NCBI RefSeq assembly: GCF_000009045.1
Contig: NC_000964.3
Span: 660,001-692,000, forward strand
Reading direction: 5' to 3'
DNA length: 32,000 nucleotides
Origin: Bacillus subtilis subsp. subtilis str. 168
GTDB lineage: Bacteria; Bacillota; Bacilli; Bacillales; Bacillaceae
Position 1 is the first letter of the stretch; the number at the start of each line of letters is the position of its first letter. Shown piece after piece: positions 25,155-32,000 of this stretch. The notes under the pieces are model-generated. The model saw only the letters and a list, made by a program, of their open reading frames with translations, did no database searches and was not told the DNA's origin. The position numbers and the translations under genes were made by a program.

Positions 25155-26564
25155 TTAAGGCAGGATATCGGGTTGCTGCTGTGTGACTGGGTTGGCAGCC
25201 GCTTTCTCGCTCACCTTGCGTTTTCTGAACACAAGGTAAGAAATCAGAACGATTCCCGTGATGACGCCTGTCAGCAGCAGCTCGTCTCTCATGGAATCAA
25301 TAAACGCCATGGACACTAAAATTCCGCAAATGGCGATGATGGTCAAGTAGGTTAGGAAAGGGAAGAGCCACATTTTGATCTTCAATGCTTCTGGGTTTGT
25401 TTTTTCGAGTTTTTTCCGCATTTTCAGCTGGGAAACGGCGATGACAAGATAGACGAGTAAAGCGATTGCGCCTGATGAGTTGACTAAGAATAAAAAGACG
25501 GTATCCGGTGAAAAATAGTTCATTACGACCGCGATATAAGAGAAAAATGTCCCGGCCACAATGGCTTGTACGGGAACGCCTTTTTTGCTCAATTTCATAA
25601 AACGGCGCGGCGCTTCATTTCTTTCTGCAAGTGAATACAGCATTCTGGATGTGGTATACAAACCTGAATTCAGGCAAGAGAGTACGGCTGTGAGGACGAT
25701 AAAGTTCATAATCTGTGCGGCTGCGGGCACTCCTATATGCTCAAGTACAGCGACGAAAGGGCTTTCTAAAATATTTGCTGAATTCCATGGCAACAGCGCC
25801 ACGACAATGGCGATTGAGCCCACGTAAAAGACGATGATGCGCCATACAACGGATCTGGTGGCTTTTGTCACAGATTCGATCGGGTTGGATGTTTCCCCTG
25901 CTGCAATGGCAACGATTTCAGTTCCCATAAAAGAGAAGATGACAACGACAATGCCGAGCAATACGGAGCTGATGCCCTCCGGGAAAAATCCGCCTTTGCC
26001 TGTAAGATTCGAAAAACCGACTGGCTCACTGCCCGGTGCAAAGCCAAAAATAAAGGCAAAACCAACGATTAGAAAAGCAATGATAGTCACAACTTTAATG
26101 AGGGAGAACCAATATTCAAACTCACCGAAAGACTTAACGGAGTAGACGTTTGTCAGGGTGAGCACAATGGTCAAGATCAAACTTGTCAGCCACAGCGGAA
26201 TATCATGGAACCAGTATTGAATAATGCCAGCACCGGCAATGGCTTCGATCGCTATGACGATCACCCAGAAAAACCAGTACAGCCAGCCGATTGTAAATCC
26301 TGCCCACGGTCCGATGGCGTCGTGAGCGTATTGAGAAAACGATCCGCTCGTCGGGTTTACGGCAGACATCTCACCGAGCATTCTCATAATAAAAATCACC
26401 AATAATCCGGCTAACGCGTAAGAAACAACGGCACCCGGACCGGTCGAGTGAATCACTGAACCGCTGCCTACAAATAGGCCGGCTCCGATTACACCGGCAA
26501 TCGAAATCATTGTCATATGGCGGGTCTTTAATTCCTTTTTTAATCCTGATTGAGACTGGTTCAT
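25155..26564 (-). CDS. gabP: GABA permease, APC-superfamily amino-acid transporter
   Basis: Length is 469 aa with about 12 TM segments. The N-terminus LKKELKTRHMTMISIAGVIGAGLFVGSG is typical of AAT-family permeases. RBS is AAAGGAGGTAAC. Confidence 0.9.
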   Translation of the reverse strand: MNQSQSGLKKELKTRHMTMISIAGVIGAGLFVGSGSVIHSTGPGAVVSYALAGLLVIFIMRMLGEMSAVNPTSGSFSQYAHDAIGPWAGFTIGWLYWFFWVIVIAIEAIAGAGIIQYWFHDIPLWLTSLILTIVLTLTNVYSVKSFGEFEYWFSLIKVVTIIAFLIVGFAFIFGFAPGSEPVGFSNLTGKGGFFPEGISSVLLGIVVVIFSFMGTEIVAIAAGETSNPIESVTKATRSVVWRIIVFYVGSIAIVVALLPWNSANILESPFVAVLEHIGVPAAAQIMNFIVLTAVLSCLNSGLYTTSRMLYSLAERNEAPRRFMKLSKKGVPVQAIVAGTFFSYIAVVMNYFSPDTVFLFLVNSSGAIALLVYLVIAVSQLKMRKKLEKTNPEALKIKMWLFPFLTYLTIIAICGILVSMAFIDSMRDELLLTGVITGIVLISYLVFRKRKVSEKAAANPVTQQQPDILP

Positions 26565-26650
26565 AAGTTACCTCCTTTTAAAATGCAATCATTACTGAAT
26601 ATTATGATAATTGAAACTCTATCATAAATATACAGTTTGTCGAAAATTCG

Positions 26651-26667
26651 TGTAAGAAAATATACCA
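26651..26667. promoter_or_regulatory. TnrA-like box TGTAAGAAAATATACCA upstream of gabP
   Basis: It matches TGTNA-N7-TNACA with one mismatch. It lies 87-103 nt upstream of the gabP ATG. gabP is reported to be nitrogen-regulated. Confidence 0.35.
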
Positions 26668-26751
26668 GCTTATTTCAAATTTGTAGTGTTTTGTTTGCGC
26701 TTTCAGCGAATGTGTGGAAAAAATGTTTCGTTTTTTATTCGCTGTGTGATT

Positions 26752-26779
26752 TTGCGTAATATTTACAATTCGATAGAAT
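26752..26779 (+). promoter_or_regulatory. Candidate SigA promoter, TTGCGT-16 nt-TAGAAT, for yeaB/mneS
   Basis: The hexamers were read directly from the sequence. This would leave a leader of about 180 nt. Confidence 0.4.
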
Positions 26780-26961
26780 GCGAGAAGCACTGGTGTCCTT
26801 GGGTTTGATGGGATTTTTGGCGGAGCAAATAAATTGGATGAGAGAAAAAGTGTTCCTTCGTCACTATTTTTCTGTGGCGGGTGAATCATGTTTCTGTAGA
26901 CCCACTGCGGATCAGCTTTGTAAGATAATAATAGGAAAATGTGAGCGAGAGGAGGTTTTGT

Positions 26962-27834
26962 ATGGAGAGATATGATGAACTGAAAAAGGGAGAATCCGGA
27001 GCGCTGGTCAGCATTGCCGCGTATCTAGTTCTTTCCGCAATTAAACTGATCATCGGTTATCTTTTTCACTCGGAAGCACTTACGGCAGACGGGTTAAATA
27101 ACACAACTGACATTATTGCTTCTGTTGCTGTGCTGATTGGCCTGCGCATCTCTCAAAAGCCTCCTGACGAAGATCATCCATACGGCCACTTTCGAGCGGA
27201 AACGATTGCATCGCTTATCGCATCGTTTATTATGATGGTTGTCGGACTGCAAGTGCTGTTCAGCGCCGGAGAATCTATTTTTTCTGCTAAACAAGAGACG
27301 CCAGATATGATTGCGGCTTGGACGGCAGCGGGCGGGGCAGTCCTGATGCTGATCGTTTACCGGTACAATAAAAGGCTGGCCAAAAAGGTGAAGAGCCAGG
27401 CGCTCCTTGCTGCGGCTGCTGATAATAAATCAGACGCATTCGTCAGTATCGGCACATTTATCGGCATTGTGGCTGCTCAATTCCATCTTGCTTGGATTGA
27501 TACGGTCACTGCGTTTGTGATCGGTCTGCTTATTTGCAAGACCGCATGGGATATCTTTAAAGAGTCATCTCACTCTTTGACAGATGGATTCGACATAAAG
27601 GACATTTCCGCTTATAAACAGACAATCGAAAAAATCTCCGGTGTGAGCCGTTTAAAAGACATAAAAGCAAGATACTTGGGCAGTACGGTTCATGTTGATG
27701 TGGTGGTTGAGGTATCGGCAGATTTAAATATTACGGAAAGCCACGATATAGCCAATGAAATTGAGCGGAGAATGAAGGAGGAGCATGCGATTGATTATTC
27801 GCATGTTCATATGGAGCCTTTAGAACAAAAATAA
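26962..27834 (+). CDS. mneS: Cation diffusion facilitator (CDF) efflux protein, reported as a secondary Mn(II) exporter
   Basis: The ATG at 26962 is 7 nt after GAGGAGG (26948-26954). Length is 290 aa. It has six TM segments, the CDF motifs HSEALTADGLNNTTD and DNKSDAFVS, and a C-terminal cytoplasmic domain. It was formerly named yeaB. Confidence 0.85.
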   Translation: MERYDELKKGESGALVSIAAYLVLSAIKLIIGYLFHSEALTADGLNNTTDIIASVAVLIGLRISQKPPDEDHPYGHFRAETIASLIASFIMMVVGLQVLFSAGESIFSAKQETPDMIAAWTAAGGAVLMLIVYRYNKRLAKKVKSQALLAAAADNKSDAFVSIGTFIGIVAAQFHLAWIDTVTAFVIGLLICKTAWDIFKESSHSLTDGFDIKDISAYKQTIEKISGVSRLKDIKARYLGSTVHVDVVVEVSADLNITESHDIANEIERRMKEEHAIDYSHVHMEPLEQK

Positions 27835-27859
27835 TGGAGCTTCCTGTCACAGGAAGCTT
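27835..27859 (+). repeat. Left copy of the 25-nt direct repeat; a terminator stem-loop without a U-tract
   Basis: TGGAGCTTCCTGTCACAGGAAGCTT matches 28034-28058 at 24 of 25 positions. The difference is the loop base, T at 27847 versus C at 28046. Confidence 0.9.
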
Positions 27860-28033
27860 CAGCGTGTCGACAAACCCTCGCATTCGTTGTCAGGTCTGCG
27901 CTTCGGTGCTCACGAATTAGAACATTCGCTCCGCTCCTATGCTCGTCCTTCCTAGACTTCAAGGGTTTTCAATCACGCTGAAAAGATGACAAAACCCTAA
28001 AATGAAAGCCATTTTAGGATTTTGTCAACAATC
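27860..28033 (+). ncRNA. Structured intergenic insert of about 175 bp; candidate member of a dispersed Bacillus repeat or structured RNA family
   Basis: It contains a C(UUCG)G-type hairpin at 27898-27909. An enclosing stem pairs ATTCGT with ACGAAT. A 17-bp hairpin with 16 of 17 positions paired joins 27988-28004 to 28010-28026. There is no credible ORF; the longest is an 18-codon GTG frame. Confidence 0.45.
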
Positions 28034-28058
28034 TGGAGCTTCCTGCCACAGGAAGCTT
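28034..28058 (+). repeat. Right copy of the 25-nt direct repeat
   Basis: See the left copy. This copy is followed by TTTTTTGTGTGTTTT. Confidence 0.9.
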
Positions 28059-28072
28059 TTTTGTGTGTTTTG
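28037..28072 (+). terminator. Functional-looking mneS terminator
   Basis: AGCTTCCTG pairs with CAGGAAGCT as a 9-bp stem, followed by a T-tract. Confidence 0.8.
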
Positions 28073-28183
28073 GCCAGCTTTATTGGTAACAATTTGCTAG
28101 AATCGTTTTTTTATACAGATTGCTTTTTGTGGTAAAGTTAGGTTACATTATGATGAATTTTGTAGATGACTAGGAGGAAAATA

Positions 28184-29146
28184 ATGGCATATCAAGAAGA
28201 CCTGCATCCTTTGCTGGGGAAAGCAGTTGAACATATTAATAGAGTAATGGTTGGAAAACGAGACATCGCCATACTCAGCTTAGCAGCCCTTCTTGCCAAA
28301 GGGCATGTGCTGCTTGAGGATGTACCCGGAGTCGGAAAAACGATGATGGTCCGCGCGCTGGCAAAGTCAATCGGCGCCGATTTCAAAAGAATCCAATTCA
28401 CTCCGGATTTGCTGCCATCTGATGTAACAGGGGTATCTATCTATAATGCGAAAACGATGGAATTTGAATATCGTCCCGGCCCAATTATGGGAAATATCGT
28501 GCTGGCAGATGAAATCAACCGTACCTCTCCGAAGACACAGTCGGCTTTGCTCGAAGCGATGGAAGAGGGGAGCGTCACGGTAGATGGCCATACGATGCAG
28601 CTTGCCGATCCGTTTTTTGTGATGGCAACGCAAAACCCGGTCGAATATGAAGGGACCTATCCTTTGCCGGAAGCTCAGCTTGACCGTTTTTTATTCAAAC
28701 TTCGGATGGGTTATCCGTCCTTTAATGAAGAGCTTGACGTCTTATCTCTTCAGGAAAAAAGCCATCCGATTGAGACGCTTGAGCCGGTTATTGCAAAAGA
28801 AGACTTCATCTTTTTACAGAGGGAAGTGCAAAATGTCCGTGCTGATGACAGCATTAAGGAATATATCGTTGAAATTGTGCAGAAAACGAGACAGCATCCT
28901 TCTGTTCAATTAGGCGTCAGTCCGCGCGGCTCAATCGCCCTCATGAAAGCGGCACAGGCATACGCGCTGCTGCATCATCGCGACTATGTCATACCGGATG
29001 ATATTCAATATTTAGCTCCTTTCACGCTGCCGCACCGGATGATGCTTCATCCTGAGGCAAAATTTGAAGGGATTCAGGCAGAAGCGATCGTAAGGGAGAT
29101 CATGTCAGCTGTGAAGGTGCCGGTTCAAAGGTCGGCGGTCCGCTGA
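28184..29146 (+). CDS. yeaC: MoxR-family AAA+ ATPase
   Basis: The ATG at 28184 is 6 nt after AGGAGG (28172-28177). Length is 320 aa. Walker A is GVPGVGKT and Walker B is VLADEINR. TQNP and the sensor region are present. Confidence 0.9.
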   Translation: MAYQEDLHPLLGKAVEHINRVMVGKRDIAILSLAALLAKGHVLLEDVPGVGKTMMVRALAKSIGADFKRIQFTPDLLPSDVTGVSIYNAKTMEFEYRPGPIMGNIVLADEINRTSPKTQSALLEAMEEGSVTVDGHTMQLADPFFVMATQNPVEYEGTYPLPEAQLDRFLFKLRMGYPSFNEELDVLSLQEKSHPIETLEPVIAKEDFIFLQREVQNVRADDSIKEYIVEIVQKTRQHPSVQLGVSPRGSIALMKAAQAYALLHHRDYVIPDDIQYLAPFTLPHRMMLHPEAKFEGIQAEAIVREIMSAVKVPVQRSAVR

Positions 29147-30342
29147 TGAATAAGAAATGGCAATGGCTCGTATATGGTTGGAAGCTGATTATATTAACTT
29201 TATTGACGGCTGCTGTTTTTTCTTATGCGATGTTTCAGGGCGGCTTTGTCAGCTGGTTTTTGTTTTACGCGTTTCTCCCTTTTGTCTTGTATGCCGGGCT
29301 GTTGGCCTTGTATCCGCTCCGTTCTTTTCAGGCTTCAAGGCAAATGGATAAAACACAATTGCATGCGGGGGACAGGCTGGGCGTAACGGTTACGCTGAGA
29401 AGAAAGCTGCCATTTCCGCTGATGTATATGGTGATTGAAGATTGCCTGCCAGAAGGTATCGAGTCATTAAATCGAGACGGAGCCGCGGCCAAACGGCTCG
29501 TTTTTCCTTGGTTTAAACGGAGCATGACGATGTCGTATGAATTAGCTCGGGTACCGCGCGGAGAGCATCACTTTCATTCTGTCAGGGTGCGAACCGGGGA
29601 TGTTCTTGGCTTGATTGAAAAAACAGCATTTTTTGAGCTGGATGATACCTTGTTTGTTTATCCATTCTATCAGCGTTTTTCCTATCAGGTGAATGAGAGG
29701 CATCAGGAAGACGGTGTAAGCGGTTCTTCTCCTATTCATCAGCACCATTCCTCAGTCGCAGCAAGTGTGCGGAATTATCAGCCGGGAGACCGGTTTGCTG
29801 CGTTAGATTGGAAGACATCTGCACGGCGGAGCCAGCTGATGACGAAGGAATTTGAGCCTTCTCGCAGCAAAAATCTGTTTCTGCTGATGGACCGTTTTTC
29901 CTCAGACGCATTCGAAGAGGTCGTTTCAGTGACAGCTTCGATTCTTCATTCTGTTTTAAAAAACGGCGCGGGTGCTGGTCTGGCTTCCATCGGGAAGGAA
30001 AAAAACATTTTCCCTATTCAGGAAGGGGATCAGCATTTTAAGCACATGCTTCGGCATTTAGCCATCGCTCATTGTGATGCGGCAGACCCGATAAGCCGAT
30101 ATGCACGGGAAGAGCTGGGAAAGCCATCTGTTCGCCAAGCTGATCAAGTTGTTGTCACGGGACAGTTAACGGAAGATATGCTGCACCTCGCAGAAATAGG
30201 AGGCGGCCGGGTTACGGTGATACTGGCAAAAGAGAAAGATGCTGAGCTCTCTCAAGCTGAAAATGTCATGATTGAACGCATGATGAAACGCCAAATCAGA
30301 GTTCGGATCATGAGGGGCGGGCGAGTTTCGCGTGTTGTTTAG
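29146..30342 (+). CDS. yeaD: DUF58-family protein, the usual MoxR partner; two N-terminal TM helices and a degenerate vWA-like C-terminal half
   Basis: The ATG overlaps the yeaC stop (ATGA). Length is 398 aa. The DUF58-type motif is FAALDWKTSARRSQLMTKEFE. Confidence 0.85.
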   Translation: MNKKWQWLVYGWKLIILTLLTAAVFSYAMFQGGFVSWFLFYAFLPFVLYAGLLALYPLRSFQASRQMDKTQLHAGDRLGVTVTLRRKLPFPLMYMVIEDCLPEGIESLNRDGAAAKRLVFPWFKRSMTMSYELARVPRGEHHFHSVRVRTGDVLGLIEKTAFFELDDTLFVYPFYQRFSYQVNERHQEDGVSGSSPIHQHHSSVAASVRNYQPGDRFAALDWKTSARRSQLMTKEFEPSRSKNLFLLMDRFSSDAFEEVVSVTASILHSVLKNGAGAGLASIGKEKNIFPIQEGDQHFKHMLRHLAIAHCDAADPISRYAREELGKPSVRQADQVVVTGQLTEDMLHLAEIGGGRVTVILAKEKDAELSQAENVMIERMMKRQIRVRIMRGGRVSRVV

Positions 30343-30363
30343 AAAGAGAGGTGACTGGTTCAC

Positions 30364-32000
30364 ATGCCGCACGATGATCACAAGGGAAGCCGTTTGAGCT
30401 TGCTGTTATTTTATTTTCTGGCTTTTTTATTGCTGTGGGAGTGGCTTAGGCCGCTTGACAGTTTTACTGAAACGAAACATACAGGCTTTTTTAGTGTCTT
30501 TATCGGCTTGACGTTTCTGCTGACTTTTTTCAGGATGAGGTGGTTTGTCACCGTTCCTTTTTGTGTCATATTTACATTGATCTCGATACACATCCTGTTT
30601 TATCAAGGATCTATATTCGACTTGAGCTGGGTCAGCTCTTTTTTGCAGGATGTCTATCTGAATATCACGCTGATTCAATCAGGGCAATGGAATGACATGA
30701 TTCCTTCATTTCGGACCCTGCTGTTTTTTGTGCTGCTGTGGCTGCTGGTCTATCTCCTGCATTATTGGGTGATTTACCAGAGAAGAATTTTGTTTTTCTT
30801 TTTGATGACAGTAGCGTATATTACGATTCTTGATACCTTTACGCCATATGATGCCACTTTTGCCGTAATCCGTATCGTGCTGATCGGCTTCTTTATGCTG
30901 GGCCTTTTATACTTGGAACGCATTAAGCTGATGGAAAGAATCACACTGCCAAAAACATCTGTCCTGAAATGGTTTCTTCCTTTATCTGTATTGGTTTTGG
31001 CTGCAACGGGATTCGGACTCGCCGCTCCAAAATCAGAGCCGGCTTGGCCTGATCCGGTGCCTTTTCTTAAAAAAATCACTCATCAAGACCGCGTGTCTGC
31101 AGGGGAAAGCAAAATCGGATACGGGAATCATGATGAATCACTCGGCGGCCCGTTCCAGCAGGATGCTACACCTGTTTTTACATGGCAGGGAAAAGAGCGT
31201 ACGTATTTCCGTGTGGAAACGAAGGACACGTATACCGGAAAAGGCTGGATTGAAACAGACACAGGCATGTCGTATCAGCTTAGCAATGGAAAAGTTGAAA
31301 ATCTGTGGTTTGACCATAAGGTTGCGACAGAGCGCCGCACCGTCCGTGTAAAAGTCGATAAGCACTACGGGTATAACCATCTGATGTATCCGATTGGTGC
31401 GGAAACCATTCAGCCAAAGCAGGCTGTCTCACTTGAAATGAACGGCAACACGGAGCAAATTTCTCCGATCAGTGAACAAGCCGGTGAAATCAGAAATATG
31501 GGGAATTATACAGTAACGTACAATTCCCCGGTCTATAAGCTGGATGAACTGAGAAAGGTAAAAGTGAGAAAAAACAGTGAGGAGTACACATTCAGCGATC
31601 GCTACATGCAGCTTCCAGATTCACTGCCAGAGCGGGTGAGAACCCTTGCGATCAAACTGACTCAGGATCACGACAATATGTTTGATAAGGTGAAAGCGGT
31701 TGAGGACTATTTAGGGTCAAATGCGTTCACATATGAAACAGAAAACGTGACCATTCCGAAGAATGATGAAGATTATGTCGATCAATTTCTCTTTGAAACG
31801 AAAATGGGTTATTGTGATAACTTTTCTTCCGCCATGGTGGTGCTCTTGCGCTCGGCCGGCATTCCGGCCCGCTGGGTAAAGGGTTATACGTCCGGCGAAT
31901 ACAAAGAAGCAGGGAACAAAAATGGCAGCATTTACGAAGTGACAAATAACAATGCCCATTCCTGGGTAGAGGTGTATTTCCCGGAACAGGGCTGGGTTAC
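30364..32000 (+). CDS. yebA: Polytopic membrane protein with an extracytoplasmic transglutaminase-like cysteine-protease core; the 3' end lies outside the window
   Basis: It is not in the ORF track because no stop occurs before the window edge. I translated it by hand from the ATG at 30364, with RBS AGAGAGGTGA. About six N-terminal TM helices are present. The transglutaminase core is GYCDNFSS (Cys codon 31813-31815) and AHSWVEVYF (His codon 31957-31959). Confidence 0.85.
   Translation, partial: MPHDDHKGSRLSLLLFYFLAFLLLWEWLRPLDSFTETKHTGFFSVFIGLTFLLTFFRMRWFVTVPFCVIFTLISIHILFYQGSIFDLSWVSSFLQDVYLNITLIQSGQWNDMIPSFRTLLFFVLLWLLVYLLHYWVIYQRRILFFFLMTVAYITILDTFTPYDATFAVIRIVLIGFFMLGLLYLERIKLMERITLPKTSVLKWFLPLSVLVLAATGFGLAAPKSEPAWPDPVPFLKKITHQDRVSAGESKIGYGNHDESLGGPFQQDATPVFTWQGKERTYFRVETKDTYTGKGWIETDTGMSYQLSNGKVENLWFDHKVATERRTVRVKVDKHYGYNHLMYPIGAETIQPKQAVSLEMNGNTEQISPISEQAGEIRNMGNYTVTYNSPVYKLDELRKVKVRKNSEEYTFSDRYMQLPDSLPERVRTLAIKLTQDHDNMFDKVKAVEDYLGSNAFTYETENVTIPKNDEDYVDQFLFETKMGYCDNFSSAMVVLLRSAGIPARWVKGYTSGEYKEAGNKNGSIYEVTNNNAHSWVEVYFPEQGWV

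Noticed and set aside
26780-26961. Possible metal riboswitch in the mneS leader of about 180 nt
   Set aside because: I could not recognise the conserved cores of the yybP-ykoY (Mn) or czcD (NiCo) riboswitch classes, nor an obvious terminator/antiterminator pair. A covariance-model scan would be needed to settle this.
26602-26975. Tracked ORFs 26602-26889 (-) and 26778-26975 (+) in the gabP/mneS intergenic region
   Set aside because: They have no RBS, overlap the promoter elements of the flanking genes and have implausible composition. I treat them as non-coding.
1-32000. CRISPR arrays, tRNA or rRNA genes, intact IS elements or integrases
   Set aside because: None were seen. There are no regularly spaced repeats and no cloverleaf-like or rRNA-like segments recognised. 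There are no transposase or integrase-like ORFs in the track or in the gaps I translated.

Overview
From the protein sequences, gene order and gene sizes (no search run), this window looks like the Bacillus subtilis 168-type chromosome segment ydiR to yebA. It splits into two parts.

(1) About 1-4700 is a visibly AT-rich accessory island end. It carries the restriction half of the BsuMI system: ydiR, a McrB-like GTPase (ydiS) and a McrC-like nuclease (ydjA). This is followed by roughly 1.7 kb of decayed or poorly coding DNA containing:
- an orphan terminator;
- an orphan promoter plus hairpin;
- the weakly supported ydjB;
- an untracked 54-aa ORF;
- an N-terminally truncated alpha/beta hydrolase (ydjC).

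(2) About 4775-32000 is core genome of higher G+C, in this order:
- gutR-gutB-gutP-fruC (sorbitol utilisation);
- the SigW-type pspA-ydjG-ydjH-ydjI envelope-stress operon;
- ydjJ (channel-like), iolT and bdhA;
- ydjM-ydjN (WalR-type box);
- an untracked 52-aa membrane ORF;
- ydjO, ydjP, yeaA, cotA and gabP;
- yeaB/mneS;
- yeaC-yeaD-yebA, a MoxR / DUF58 / transglutaminase operon that runs off the 3' edge.

I saw no rRNA, tRNA, CRISPR array or intact IS element.

The observations most worth follow-up are:
- a roughly 175-bp highly structured insert bracketed by a 25-nt direct duplication of the mneS terminator hairpin (27835-28072);
- the functionally unexplained MoxR-DUF58-transglutaminase module;
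- the four-gene PspA / zinc-ribbon / TPM / SPFH module;
- the candidate small RNA or leader at 3404-3603 in the island remnant;
- two small ORFs missing from the ORF track.

I cannot show from sequence alone that any of these is truly undescribed. Several, including BsuMI and pspA-ydjGHI, are at least partly described in the literature.
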